IMG/VR virus record: IMGVR_UViG_3300044213_000107
Span: 62,001-126,000 of that record
DNA length: 64,000 nt
Strand: one strand, 5' to 3'
A program made the position numbers and the translations under genes. The notes under the pieces are model-generated. The model worked only from the letters and a program-made list of their open reading frames with translations, was not told the DNA's origin and made no database searches. The number at the start of each line of letters is the position of its first letter. Within the stretch, counting starts at the first letter, position 1. Positions 1 through 10,330 of the stretch are shown piece by piece.

Positions 1-2377
1 TACTTTCCAATCTAGTCTGCATATTCGGAAAACTATTTGGATAAAATGCATTGTAAGAATTAAGGCCATACAGGTACGGGTTATTCTTCATAAAGATTTC
101 TAATCCCGGTCCCATGTCGTTTATGCTTTGATCGTCTATAACATTAACATAAACAACTTCGTATTTTACATTAAAGTTAGCATCAACAGCTCGTGCTACA
201 TTTATATCTCCAAAGTTGATTCGTTTGTTATAATGATTTTTTTGTATAGCATCGATAAATGTTGCAGCAGTACTAGGATGCAATCCTGCTAAAAATAAAA
301 ACTTAATTTCTTTTGCAATACCAAACCAAGGATCATCTGGACGATATATTAACTCTCTAGGGAAAATATCATTGTCTGTAACAATATTTTGAAATTGTTG
401 ACGTTGGTCAGCAGTAGTTAGTGCTTTTAAATAAACATTTTCGTAAGGACCCAGATTGTAATTTTGTACTGTTAAGGTAAAATTATTTGTAGTAGATATT
501 GCACCATCTGCGGTAACCGCCTGCACGCCAAATCGATATGTGTTATCAAATGTAGTCGCACCACCATCTATTGTGGTACTTTGAGAATTGGAAACAACTG
601 TTACTGTATACTGATTGCCGTTGGTGTTGCTTATTACTAATTCTGTACCTTGAGCCACAAAAATACTTGGACTAACAACAATAATGTCATTGACTTGATC
701 AATAGCAATAATAGTACATCCAGATGCAACACCAGGGCCAGTGACCGACATGCCATTAGATAAATTTAAAACAGAACTTACTGTAATTTTTGCCGAAGTA
801 CTGTCTAAACTGAAGTATTCAAAACTAGCACGACCAACAAGTCTTCCCGAAGGTAATAGTTTTATGCCATTAGGTAATCTTGCGTAAGGTTCATCAATTA
901 ATGAATAAACTAAATTAGTTTCGCCATTACTGCGTACTGCACTCACTGATAATTCACTAACTGCACCATTTTGTATAGTTCCAATGTTGGCAGGAGAAGT
1001 CCATGTAACTATATCGTTGGCATTCTTGAAAACCGTGATTGAAAAATTCTTTGGCAAACTGCTATAATTTTTATTATATGTAATAGGTTGGTTAGGAGTT
1101 ATATGTACAGGACTGTTTACTTCGATTACTTCGTATTGACTGGTATTTAAAATGTCATTTTTATAAAATGCAATAGCATTAACTGGGGGAGTAATACCAG
1201 TTAGTAAATCGCCCACTGACAAATTACTAGGAATTCTAGAAACTAAAATGTTTGCATTTGAAGTAGTAATATTTGCGGTAATAAAACTATATTCTACAGT
1301 TTTGCTAGCAACTACACTAAAGTCATAAGATTTTTGTGTTTCAGTTTGACTTGGTAGTATCCCAGTTAACCAACCTGTGTTAGGATTGATGCTTACATTG
1401 GCAGGTAAACTCTGGAGTCCTTGGTCAAATTTATAAACTACACCATTTGTATCTGTATAGTCAAATGGTATTTGGTCAAACCCGTAGACATCCTGCACCA
1501 ATAATTCCCATGTTAGTGGATAACCTTCGATGTCATATCCTTGGAACTTATATGCAAAATTGCTATTCTGTACTAGATTTGGTATTGCGGCAGGATTACT
1601 TGTAATAATCGGTACATAAACATTGTCGGTATCAACTGGTATGTAGGTGTTATTGACATTTGTTAGATTATTATCAGCACTAAATCTTGCCTTGCTAATA
1701 ATCCATATTTTTACATCTTTGGTTGTGTAGTTGTTGCCATCAAATAACTGTACAGTAAAATTAAAATATTTGTCTACGCTCAATTGAACTGGGTCGTACT
1801 GTGTTATATCGCTAAGATTTGTGTCAAACCCATCACTGTTAATTGTGCTTGCTATTGGATCTGCATACCCAGATAATACCCCATCTGAACTAAGACTTAG
1901 CCCCGGCGGTAGTTCTCCTGCGGCCACAGACCAAACTAATACAGCGTTTGAGTTTGTCTGACTGCTGTTAAATTTATATTCAATATAAGTGCCGTCAAAA
2001 TATGCACCAACAAAGTCATTTGGCACAATTATTTCAACCGCGTTAATATTTGATACACTTAGTGTAAATGATCTGTCAGCAACTGCACCGTTGGTATCTG
2101 TAGCACGTATTGTAAACACATACTTAACTGTTGTTTCTGTACTACGATTAATAACAGGGACACCTTGTAGTGTACCAGCCGGTATTATTACTGTTCCTGT
2201 GCCGTTAACAACATCACGTTGTATTATTTCAATACCTGGTGGCAAGCTACCACTTAAAAATGAATATACTACTGGCGAACCACTGTTGCTGACCGCATAC
2301 AGTTGAAACCTATAAAATTGTGTTTCTGGTATAGTTCCTAAACTTCCAGAATTGGTATACCAGGTAATATAACTCAT
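1..2377 (-). CDS. Large virion structural protein, probably baseplate-associated, with Ig-like/cadherin-like repeats; 3' end runs off the window
   Basis: Absent from the ORF track because it is truncated. Starts at ATG 2377 (TAATG overlap with the tail-fibre stop) with MSYITWYTNSGSLGTIPETQFYRFQL; contains LPPGIEI and LPPGLSLSSDGV repeats. The same frame is open at the window start (YPNSFPNMQTRLES); the middle was not translated codon by codon. Confidence 0.7.
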   Translation of the reverse strand, partial: MSYITWYTNSGSLGTIPETQFYRFQLYAVSNSGSPVVYSFLSGSLPPGIEIIQRDVVNGTGTVIIPAGTLQGVPVINRSTETTVKYVFTIRATDTNGAVADRSFTLSVSNINAVEIIVPNDFVGAYFDGTYIEYKFNSSQTNSNAVLVWSVAAGELPPGLSLSSDGVLSGYADPIASTINSDGFDTNLSDITQYDPVQLSVDKYFNFTVQLFDGNNYTTKDVKIWIISKARFSADNNLTNVNNTYIPVDTDNVYVPIITSNPAAIPNLVQNSNFAYKFQGYDIEGYPLTWELLVQDVYGFDQIPFDYTDTNGVVYKFDQGLQSLPANVSINPNTGWLTGILPSQTETQKSYDFSVVASKTVEYSFITANITTSNANILVSRIPSNLSVGDLLTGITPPVNAIAFYKNDILNTSQYEVIEVNSPVHITPNQPITYNKNYSSLPKNFSITVFKNANDIVTWTSPANIGTIQNGAVSELSVSAVRSNGETNLVYSLIDEPYARLPNGIKLLPSGRLVGRASFEYFSLDSTSAKITVSSVLNLSNGMSVTGPGVASGCTIIAIDQVNDIIVVSPSIFVAQGTELVISNTNGNQYTVTVVSNSQSTTIDGGATTFDNTYRFGVQAVTADGAISTTNNFTLTVQNYNLGPYENVYLKALTTADQRQQFQNIVTDNDIFPRELIYRPDDPWFGIAKEIKFLFLAGLHPSTAATFIDAIQKNHYNKRINFGDINVARAVDANFNVKYEVVYVNVIDDQSINDMGPGLEIFMKNNPYLYGLNSYNAFYPNSFPNMQTRLES

Positions 2378-4482
2378 TATATAATTACAGCTTCTATTAA
2401 TTTTTCACCAAAGTCGTCACTGGCCTGTATGGCCTTGGCAAATACAGCCGCACCAACTGCAGTTCTTCCACCACTTTGTGCACATCCAGGATGTCTACTT
2501 GTTATAAGTAAATCACCTTTGGCTACAGGTCCCATTACACGAACAGGAACACGGCCTCGTAATGCAACTGCAACACTGGTTCCTTCGATCATACTATTCA
2601 TTAGATATGCAGGTTCCGTTGATACTGCTCCTGCGACCCTAGTGTCGCCTACGATATCAGTTACAGTGACTTCGGCATCGCCACCAAATATAAGAACAGT
2701 ACCCGGAGGATATTCTGCATCGCTGGTATACATTTCTGCTAAGTCGGCGTACTGTGCGTGTACTGCAGTTCCGTAGATGTTATTCCACCATGCTGTAGTA
2801 GAACCAAGATTAACACTTGTGTTAGAACTTGGAATGATTGTTCCAGTACCATTAGCCAAATAAGCTGCAACATTAACATTAGAGTATGTGTTTACATTTG
2901 CCTGTAGATTACCTAACCAGGTTGTATGAGTTGTTACATTAGATTGTAAATTGCCCAGCCAGGTTGTATGAGTTGCAATAACTGCATTAGCAGCAGTAAC
3001 GTTTGCATTAATAGTATTAATCGTTGGCGTAATATTTGCCAACATCTGTGCGTTACCATAATTACTAGTACCAAAATTTATGTTGGCCCATGTATAAAAT
3101 GAGCCTATGTTGGCATTAATTGTGTTTACATTAGACTGCAAAACTGCAATCGTTGCATTTGCTGCAGTGATATTATTCTGTAGTGTTGTTATCTGTCCAG
3201 CCTGTATTGTGTTAGCAGACAACCAAGAACTGTTGATACTACTTACAACAGAAACACCGTTTGCAAAATAATAGCCATCTGTTACAATGCCGGCACCTGC
3301 GGCAATGTTTCCAGCAACAGACAATGCACTAAGAGTACCCACACTTGTAATATATGGTTGCGTGGCCGTTGCCACCGTACCATTTAGATTAGTTGCCCAT
3401 ATGTTAACGTATGGTTGACCACTTTGCCCAATACTCCATGATCCAGCATTAGGAATAAGGTTATGAGTAGTGGTATCACCATTTATTGCTAAACTTAGTA
3501 ATGTTCCCAGCGTAGTAATATTAGGTTGCGCCGCAGTAGCAAGAGTTCCAGTAATAGATCCGTCTACAGTTATACTACTAAGAAAATGTGTAGAACCTGT
3601 GATATTTCCACCGCCGCCACCAATACCAGTTAATACACCAACGCCATTGATATAAACACCGTCGTTGCCTGAAAAATTCAAATTACCTTTAATATTTACA
3701 TTATTTGTTGTACTAACAATATATCCATTGCCGTCCAACATTAAATTACCATAAAATCCTGCACCCGTGTATACATTACCTGCAGCACCAATGCCGCCAC
3801 TGGCAACTAAAGATCCGGTAGTATAACTTGTACTTGGGGTAGTGTTGACTGCATGCACATCACCAATTTTTAATGTACCGTAGGTAGCAGGTTGTGTGTA
3901 GGTGTTACCAACAAAAACATTTCCACCAGAAACAGGATTTGTTAAAACTTGTCCATTTGCATAAAATTCCCAGGCCTGACTATCGTTTGCCCATCCAAAG
4001 AAAGCGTTTTTACTTGTACCTTTATAGTAATTAACAACAACTCCAATATCACTGTAATCATCACTGACTAACGGGGATCCGTCGCTGGTAACATGCAAAT
4101 AAATTTTACTGGCTTGAATACTTTGTGTGCTTAATGCCGTTCCTGTACCGCCTTGAAAAATATTTCCAGTAACGTATAAATCGCCGCCGACTGTGGTACG
4201 TCCATACACAGACATATACCCGTCAACTATGGCATTTCCTGTTACTGTAGCATTAGCAACAGTTAAACTAGAGCCAGTGAATGTTTGTGCAGTTACGCTG
4301 GTATTACAAGTAATACTCTGCGATGTAATACCAAGTTGGTTTACAATTGTGGGGAAAATACCCTGGTAAATGTAATTATTAAGTGTGGAAAAGTTAGAGT
4401 TTACGATGTCAAATGCTGATCGTATTGGATCACCTGTACCATCGTTAGGGTTATTTCCTATGTAAACGTTTGCGACTGCCAT
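2377..4482 (-). CDS. Tail fibre/spike protein with T4 gp9/gp10-like N-terminus and C-terminal autocleaving chaperone-like domain
   Basis: N-terminal PNDGTGDPIRSAF motif; G/N/T-rich beta-repeat body; C-terminal QYADLAEMY...GRVPVRV...GDLL motif. Confidence 0.8.
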   Translation of the reverse strand: MAVANVYIGNNPNDGTGDPIRSAFDIVNSNFSTLNNYIYQGIFPTIVNQLGITSQSITCNTSVTAQTFTGSSLTVANATVTGNAIVDGYMSVYGRTTVGGDLYVTGNIFQGGTGTALSTQSIQASKIYLHVTSDGSPLVSDDYSDIGVVVNYYKGTSKNAFFGWANDSQAWEFYANGQVLTNPVSGGNVFVGNTYTQPATYGTLKIGDVHAVNTTPSTSYTTGSLVASGGIGAAGNVYTGAGFYGNLMLDGNGYIVSTTNNVNIKGNLNFSGNDGVYINGVGVLTGIGGGGGNITGSTHFLSSITVDGSITGTLATAAQPNITTLGTLLSLAINGDTTTHNLIPNAGSWSIGQSGQPYVNIWATNLNGTVATATQPYITSVGTLSALSVAGNIAAGAGIVTDGYYFANGVSVVSSINSSWLSANTIQAGQITTLQNNITAANATIAVLQSNVNTINANIGSFYTWANINFGTSNYGNAQMLANITPTINTINANVTAANAVIATHTTWLGNLQSNVTTHTTWLGNLQANVNTYSNVNVAAYLANGTGTIIPSSNTSVNLGSTTAWWNNIYGTAVHAQYADLAEMYTSDAEYPPGTVLIFGGDAEVTVTDIVGDTRVAGAVSTEPAYLMNSMIEGTSVAVALRGRVPVRVMGPVAKGDLLITSRHPGCAQSGGRTAVGAAVFAKAIQASDDFGEKLIEAVII

Positions 4483-4525
4483 GTTCTATCCCAATATGCT
4501 TTATGTTATTTAGCAGTATTGAGAT

Positions 4526-4849
4526 TTAGATATTAGCGGCAAAAAGTCGTGCTGCAAGTTGATTTAGTGCATCACTGACGGTATAAACATTGCTGGTCCA
4601 ATGTGTATAGTCGGCCATAACAAATTGTGTTGCAGCGGTGATACTGGCTGCACCGTAGATGTCATTGACTGTTAAGGTTACATTTCCTGAGCGACCTGCA
4701 ACAGTTGTGACTCCAATGTTGGCGTTAATAGAAACATTTCCGTTGTAGATTTCTGTAAAATTATCATTTATTTTACCAAATGCAGTTCGCAACGGATCAC
4801 CAGTGTGATCACTGGGAAAAGTTCCTATATTAATGATTTCTTGCGCCAT
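4526..4849 (-). CDS. Small structural protein with gp9/gp10-like N-terminal motif
   Basis: PSDHTGDPLRTAFGKINDNF; likely start MAQEII at 4849, after TAAATA and an AAGGA RBS. Confidence 0.7.
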   Translation of the reverse strand: MAQEIINIGTFPSDHTGDPLRTAFGKINDNFTEIYNGNVSINANIGVTTVAGRSGNVTLTVNDIYGAASITAATQFVMADYTHWTSNVYTVSDALNQLAARLFAANI

Positions 4850-4892
4850 TTCAAGTCCTTGTATTTCGTATTTATACAAGAACTGCTAGGGA

Positions 4893-5231
4893 TTAGCCTG
4901 GACTAAAACTGCTGCCACATCCGCAGGTGGTTTGTGCATTAGGGTTATCAATGCTGAAACTAGCACCCATAATGTCTTCTTTATAGTTGATTTTTGCTCC
5001 AGTAAGATACTGACTGCTCATAGCATCCACTAATACTTCAACACCATCAAACTCTAGTGCAAAATCGTCTTCGTTGGCTGCATCGTCAAATGTAAATCCA
5101 TACTGCATGCCCGAGCATCCGCCGCCTTGCACAAATATACGTAGTTTAAGTGTGGGATTATTTTCTTCTTTGATTATTTCTTTTAATCGTATGGTTGCTG
5201 ATTCTGTTAGTTCTAGCATTGTATTCTCCAT
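4893..5231 (-). CDS. erpA: Iron-sulfur cluster insertion protein, A-type carrier (ErpA/IscA family)
   Basis: [11 protein letters not shown] and C-terminal TCGCGSSF motifs. Confidence 0.95.
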   Translation of the reverse strand: MENTMLELTESATIRLKEIIKEENNPTLKLRIFVQGGGCSGMQYGFTFDDAANEDDFALEFDGVEVLVDAMSSQYLTGAKINYKEDIMGASFSIDNPNAQTTCGCGSSFSPG

Positions 5232-5243
5232 TAAGTAAGTAGT

Positions 5244-5789
5244 TTATTGGCCTGAATATATGCGACGGTTAACCATTTCCCAGTTAACAATTCGCCATTG
5301 TGCAGACAAGTATTTTTTCTTGTTTGCAGCATAATCCAGTATCCAAGCGTGTTCCCACCAATCAACTAGTAGTGCTATATCAGTTTTGATAGTATGATTG
5401 CGGATAGTTTTAATAGCGCCATCGCGTGCCAAGTAAATCCATCCAGCACCCTGAAACGCCATTGCTGTACTTTCAAATTCTCGTTTAAATGTAAGGAAAT
5501 TAGTATAGTGTTTGTTTATTAACGCTAGACTAGCACCAAATGGTGTGTTGGCGTTTTTTGGCGGTCTTAGTTGTTTAAACCAAATATTGTGCAGGTAAGC
5601 ACCGGCTCGATTAAAAGCTGCATCGCCTTCACCTTGATTAAAACGATCTACATAACCTTTGTAGAGTTTATCATAGTGATTTTCGATATTAGGTTTACTA
5701 AGTACAGGTGCAAAAGAACCACAACCGTATGCAAGTTCGTATCTTTCAAGTTGTTCTTTTTCTTCTAATAAATCAATTATTTCACGCAT
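5244..5789 (-). CDS. Fe/Mn superoxide dismutase family protein
   Basis: Metal-ligand motifs ENHY, LHNIWF and DWWEHAW are present. Confidence 0.85.
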   Translation of the reverse strand: MREIIDLLEEKEQLERYELAYGCGSFAPVLSKPNIENHYDKLYKGYVDRFNQGEGDAAFNRAGAYLHNIWFKQLRPPKNANTPFGASLALINKHYTNFLTFKREFESTAMAFQGAGWIYLARDGAIKTIRNHTIKTDIALLVDWWEHAWILDYAANKKKYLSAQWRIVNWEMVNRRIYSGQ

Positions 5790-5792
5790 ATA

Positions 5793-6011
5793 TTATTTAT
5801 TGCGATATATGATGCGTCCACGGTTTATATCGTAAGGGCTCATTTCTATTTCTACGCTATCGCCCAATAATATACGTATATTATTTTGTCTAAGTTTACC
5901 ACCTAGTGTGGCTAGTACTACATGCCCAGTTTCTAATTGAACTCTAAACATCGCACTGGGCAGTACTTCGTCTATAGTGCCAGACATTTTAATTAAATCT
6001 TGTTTCGCCAT
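5793..6011 (-). CDS. infA: Translation initiation factor IF-1
   Basis: [24 protein letters not shown]...[16 protein letters not shown]...SPYD...GRIIYR. Confidence 0.97.
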   Translation of the reverse strand: MAKQDLIKMSGTIDEVLPSAMFRVQLETGHVVLATLGGKLRQNNIRILLGDSVEIEMSPYDINRGRIIYRNK

Positions 6012-6174
6012 CGTTTACTTTCGTAAGGAACCACGTGCCATCACCTTTGTCTGTCCACTTCAACGTATCTCCTTCTTTCCATCCTTTTAAATCAAGTAAT
6101 TCTTGCGGTAGTGGTAAAATCAAATCATCACTGCCGTCATCTGCTTCTTCAATTGCAACCGTCCATTGTGTCAT
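5989..6174 (-). CDS. AbrB/MazE/SpoVT-like small DNA-binding protein
   Basis: [25 protein letters not shown] swapped-hairpin pattern. Confidence 0.6.
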   Translation of the reverse strand: MTQWTVAIEEADDGSDDLILPLPQELLDLKGWKEGDTLKWTDKGDGTWFLTKVNDGETRFN

Positions 6175-6187
6175 ATAGTATTTACAC

Positions 6188-6580
6188 TTATCCGCGACGC
6201 ATACGGCTAATTTCTACTGCTTCTTCTTCGGCAAAAACAGGTACAGCATTGCTCTTGTGCATGGTAGCAATACCCAATACCTTAGTGCCAGTATAAACTT
6301 TATGAACTGGAGCAGTAGAATGTCCGGGTGTTGACACGCTAGGTAAATGATTGAGATTGCCACGACCTGCGGGTGCGGATAATTTATATGATAACGGCTC
6401 TGCGGTCATTGCTCGGCGTTGGCGACGTGCATCTGCTTCAGCACCTTGGCGTTTAAGAAGTTCTTGCCATTCGCGATCTAACTGCTCGTGACGACGTTTG
6501 TCTTCGGCTGATTTGAATTTAACTTTACCTCGGCGCTTGCCTGTTAAACTTAGTGCAGGGTGTGCTAGATGCATGGTCAT
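6188..6580 (-). CDS. Phage hypothetical protein
   Basis: C-terminal YTGTKVLGIATMHKSNAVPVF motif recalled from T4-like phages; has its own sigma70 promoter. Confidence 0.6.
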   Translation of the reverse strand: MTMHLAHPALSLTGKRRGKVKFKSAEDKRRHEQLDREWQELLKRQGAEADARRQRRAMTAEPLSYKLSAPAGRGNLNHLPSVSTPGHSTAPVHKVYTGTKVLGIATMHKSNAVPVFAEEEAVEISRMRRG

Positions 6581-6607
6581 AGAAGTATCTCCGCTTAATA
6601 TAATTGT

Positions 6608-6636
6608 ATTATAACATTAGACGCAGAAACCGTCAA
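6608..6636 (-). promoter_or_regulatory. sigma70-type promoter TTGACG-17-TATAAT
   Basis: Read directly on the minus strand upstream of 6580. Confidence 0.8.
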
Positions 6637-7010
6637 GACTGTTGTTGTTTTTTAGCAACATCTTCATTTAGTGGTTGAGGAACAAAATCTGGGCTAACCA
6701 GTGCATAGTTAGCAGTAATAAACACATGATCAACAAATCTTGATTTCAATACTGAGACAATTTCATCTGTGTTTTTGCCTTGTGCAATAAATTGATTGGT
6801 GTCTTTATCAAACCAATAGTAGATATCACCAATTTTTTCTTGGTTTACCATATGTATTCGACGGTTTACTTCTTCGGCTACTTTATTATAAAATTTACCG
6901 CGACGATCAAAATAATTGTCCACTAGTGCCAATAAAAAAGAAAGCACAAAATACCAAAGTACACATTGTAAGACAAAGTCGATAAATTCCATAGTTGTAT
7001 TTATGTCCAT
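6633..7010 (-). CDS. Hypothetical protein with N-terminal transmembrane helix
   Basis: Hydrophobic N-terminus; coupled to neighbouring genes. Confidence 0.6.
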   Translation of the reverse strand: MDINTTMEFIDFVLQCVLWYFVLSFLLALVDNYFDRRGKFYNKVAEEVNRRIHMVNQEKIGDIYYWFDKDTNQFIAQGKNTDEIVSVLKSRFVDHVFITANYALVSPDFVPQPLNEDVAKKQQQS

Positions 7011-7831
7011 AATGATTTACGTATTTTAATGAGACGCATTAGCATATCATTGTCTTCTTGCTCGGCGTTGTTTTCTAACTCGGAGATACAATCATATAAC
7101 TTGCGTTTACGATCTTTTTCTTTTTGTGTTAGATTAACACGATTTTCAAATTCCCAATCCGAACCATACTTTTCAGTTATTTCTTTGCTAAATTCTCTAT
7201 AACCAGATTCTATCCAGGCAAAATCTTCATCACGATCTCGCCGCACCTGTGTCCACCATGTGTATAACAACAATACTTCCCTTGCGTAATCGGCTTGGCC
7301 CGGATTCCTTTCTTGCGGATCTTTGTCGGCACTGTCTAGGTCAATTTGCCATTTTAATTGTGCTATACCCGCACCCGGAGATCTCCATAGACTCCAACGT
7401 AATAGGCCATAATGTCTCCACCACGGGACTCGATATCGTCGGGCATTTTCATCATTCCATATACAAAACATCCACGCACATTCTACTTCAACAAAGTTTG
7501 TTAATTCAGTAAATGCACCCCGGAGTATTTTTTCATCAAATTCATGATGGCGTCCGGGCTCAAGATTTGTGTGAACATAATGGCTACGATACACAAATCG
7601 CATACGTAAATAGTAGGCTAGATCATTTATAGGATCAACTATCCAATCTCTGGGTTTTTCCAACAAGTCTGGCAAGGTTTCTGTTAGCCAAAAAGCAACA
7701 GGTCGTGCGGATTTAAGATCCTGCTCCCATACTTCCCACTGTCCAAAAGGTAGTGCAGCTGGTTTGTTGATTCCAAGTAGTGATCTAAACCAAATGAAAA
7801 ATTTTGAATTGCTGTAGCATCTACTCATCAC
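7001..7831 (-). CDS. Hypothetical Trp-rich protein
   Basis: 276-aa ORF in a coupled operon. Confidence 0.65.
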   Translation of the reverse strand: MMSRCYSNSKFFIWFRSLLGINKPAALPFGQWEVWEQDLKSARPVAFWLTETLPDLLEKPRDWIVDPINDLAYYLRMRFVYRSHYVHTNLEPGRHHEFDEKILRGAFTELTNFVEVECAWMFCIWNDENARRYRVPWWRHYGLLRWSLWRSPGAGIAQLKWQIDLDSADKDPQERNPGQADYAREVLLLYTWWTQVRRDRDEDFAWIESGYREFSKEITEKYGSDWEFENRVNLTQKEKDRKRKLYDCISELENNAEQEDNDMLMRLIKIRKSLWT

Positions 7832-8102
7832 TGCCGGCCTCTTTTAAGATATCAAATACACTACCAATTTCAAACTCAACGGTGTTATCGTCGATTACTT
7901 GAATTTTTTTGTGTGTAAAAAAACTTCTCATATACATTTCTAAAAATTCCGCAACAGTCATTTCTGCAGTTTGAAAAAATTCAGAATTGAGTTTTTTATT
8001 TGTTGCAACCAAATAGTAGTAATTATCTCTGTGGTCCAAAGAAAATTCTATGGCCAAAGGCCGAAACTTTTGGTTTAATTGATCAACAAACTCAAAATCC
8101 AT
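7821..8102 (-). CDS. Hypothetical protein
   Basis: Overlaps both neighbours within the operon. Confidence 0.55.
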   Translation of the reverse strand: MDFEFVDQLNQKFRPLAIEFSLDHRDNYYYLVATNKKLNSEFFQTAEMTVAEFLEMYMRSFFTHKKIQVIDDNTVEFEIGSVFDILKEAGSDE

Positions 8103-9120
8103 TTTTTATTCCGTATTCATATAATTCAAAACTGGCCAGGTTCTTGGCCTTGCTTTCGCACATGATATCAAACTGATCCCAAAAACTCAATGCCCACTGA
8201 TTCACTGGGCGATTCCAATAAAAGTTACTGTGTGCTCGTAGTTTTGCCTTTTTATAGCCTTCTGTGAGCAATTGTGCATGATCGGGCATTGTATCCGCAC
8301 AGTGATCAACTAAGACATCTTCTCGACTAACACTATAATGCATAGTAGGGCGTACGCCACGCCAACTATCAACCACTCGCTTAACGCTATCGCTATTTGG
8401 ATCAATGTAAACCCCTTCACGTATCCAATGATGATGTACATCAAGCACAATAGGAACAATATCGCTAATGGATAAGCAATCGTCGAGTCCATGTGTCATC
8501 TCCTCGTTTTCGATGGTGATTGTATTGCGGGCTTCAGGCGACAGTTTTGGATATGCCAACCTAATGCCGTTGGGGCCTTGACGGCCTGCGATGTGTACAT
8601 TGATTTTGAAGTCTTGGAACCGTTGTCCAAAACCCATCCAACGGGCCATGTCAACATGATATTCAAACTCCTCTATACTTCTGCGGACAATATCTGGGTT
8701 GTCACTAGCCAAGACAGTAAACTGCCCAGGGTGCATACTACAGCGAACACTCCGCAAGCGAGCCAGATCGCCGATGGTCGCAAAGTGTTTTGCACAGTAT
8801 TCACGAACGTCAGGCCGACGCCAAAAATACTGATATTCAGCATGAGTATACATAGGGAGTACGTCACTACTAAGCCGTACCATACGAAGGGATTCATCTA
8901 AGTTACCTACTCTTTCTACAAGTTTACGAACAGATTCGATATTGCCAGTCATCAAGTCCCAGAGTTTTTGCTCAGCGACTTCTCGAGTTTGGCGATTAAG
9001 CCAAGCCACAGTTGTAGTACCAGTGTTAAATTCTTTGGCGGTATCTGTTTGACGAATACCGTTGATTTGACTGGGACCGTCAATCCATTTACAGCAAAAC
9101 CCCATACGTTTAATGGTCAT
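8092..9120 (-). CDS. uvsE: UV damage endonuclease UvsE/UVDE
   Basis: RLSSD, SMHPGQFTVL, TIENEE and VLDVHHHW motifs. Confidence 0.92.
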   Translation of the reverse strand: MTIKRMGFCCKWIDGPSQINGIRQTDTAKEFNTGTTTVAWLNRQTREVAEQKLWDLMTGNIESVRKLVERVGNLDESLRMVRLSSDVLPMYTHAEYQYFWRRPDVREYCAKHFATIGDLARLRSVRCSMHPGQFTVLASDNPDIVRRSIEEFEYHVDMARWMGFGQRFQDFKINVHIAGRQGPNGIRLAYPKLSPEARNTITIENEEMTHGLDDCLSISDIVPIVLDVHHHWIREGVYIDPNSDSVKRVVDSWRGVRPTMHYSVSREDVLVDHCADTMPDHAQLLTEGYKKAKLRAHSNFYWNRPVNQWALSFWDQFDIMCESKAKNLASFELYEYGIKNGF

Positions 9121-9157
9121 AGTGTTATTATACTACAAAAACTTGAATTTTTTACAC

Positions 9158-10330
9158 TTATGTAAAAAGCATCCCACATAAATTTTCCATAATATTACCA
9201 GAATTTTTTTGCTTAGAAACCATTTTTGATAATCCTGGTTTGTTTCTTTCGATCAATTTCATTGAAATACTACTATCAAGAATTTGTTTAATTAAAATAT
9301 CTGGCGGTAATCTCAATAATGTTTTAAAAATTTCGATATCTCTCAACGGAGTCCATGTTAGTGTATTCCCAAGATGCCAATGCTGAAAATCATTTATATT
9401 AATATTACACAATTCCAACATCATTCTTCTATTAGACCAATTTGGATTTATTTTTCGTGTTTCGAATATTTTATAGTTTTCTGGTTTGTTAAAATATGTA
9501 TGTTGCATATAAGATATATTTTTAGGATCATTTAATAAATCAACCATAGAAATTTTATAATGTTTAAGAAACAAATCTACAGTCAAAGGACTACGCATCA
9601 TAAATTCGTCCCCGGGTGTGCCCGAAGTTATAATACATGGAGTAGTCCAATGATGAATTTGTTTATAGCCCCAATTATTTTTTAAAATTTCATATGAGTT
9701 TAACATCCAAAATTTATCATATTCAAAATGGCTATAGTTGCATAATTCATAATTATCTGTAAATCTTTGAAGATAACTATAAACTAACATACTATCAACA
9801 CCGCCACTTAAAAACACTCGAATTGGTAATTTATTATGTTGTATAAAAGAACGTGTTCGATCAATTAAAATTTTTTCTATAATTTTTATAGCATCTTCTT
9901 CGCTTAGACTAGTTTCGTTAAACACTCCGATAATATTAAATGTAGATATGTATGTTTTTATATCAGAATCTATACTTATTAAATTATTGGCCCAGCACAC
10001 TTTATCGTATTTTTGCAAATTAGTAACTTCAACAAATTCATTTACATAAACAGGAAAACTTCTATATCTATCAGTTTTTAAATGTATTAACTTATTATAT
10101 GGATCATATACAATGGCGCAAAAATTACCTGTAAAACTAGGTCGATCTTGATTTATTATCATATCTAATACTTGATCTATATCATAAGAATCAAGATATC
10201 CTTTATAGATAACTATTTTGTTATCAATATTTTTTTTGTTCCATCCAGAGTCGACATTAATATATAAATTGCCAACATTGTATGATTGGATGAAATTATT
10301 TTTTGGGTCGTGTGAAATTGAAAAAAACAT
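9158..10330 (-). CDS. Asparagine synthase-like protein (N-type ATP pyrophosphatase), AT-rich
   Basis: FLSGGVDS PP-loop; N-terminal FTGNFCAIV...DRYRSFPV resembles an Ntn-like domain. Confidence 0.65.
   Translation of the reverse strand: MFFSISHDPKNNFIQSYNVGNLYINVDSGWNKKNIDNKIVIYKGYLDSYDIDQVLDMIINQDRPSFTGNFCAIVYDPYNKLIHLKTDRYRSFPVYVNEFVEVTNLQKYDKVCWANNLISIDSDIKTYISTFNIIGVFNETSLSEEDAIKIIEKILIDRTRSFIQHNKLPIRVFLSGGVDSMLVYSYLQRFTDNYELCNYSHFEYDKFWMLNSYEILKNNWGYKQIHHWTTPCIITSGTPGDEFMMRSPLTVDLFLKHYKISMVDLLNDPKNISYMQHTYFNKPENYKIFETRKINPNWSNRRMMLELCNININDFQHWHLGNTLTWTPLRDIEIFKTLLRLPPDILIKQILDSSISMKLIERNKPGLSKMVSKQKNSGNIMENLCGMLFT

Noticed and set aside
2880-3010. Repeated THTTWLGNLQ segment in the tail fibre as a diversity-generating retroelement target
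   Set aside because: It is a short tandem coiled-coil duplication. No reverse transcriptase or adenine-specific template/variable repeat pair was seen in the window.
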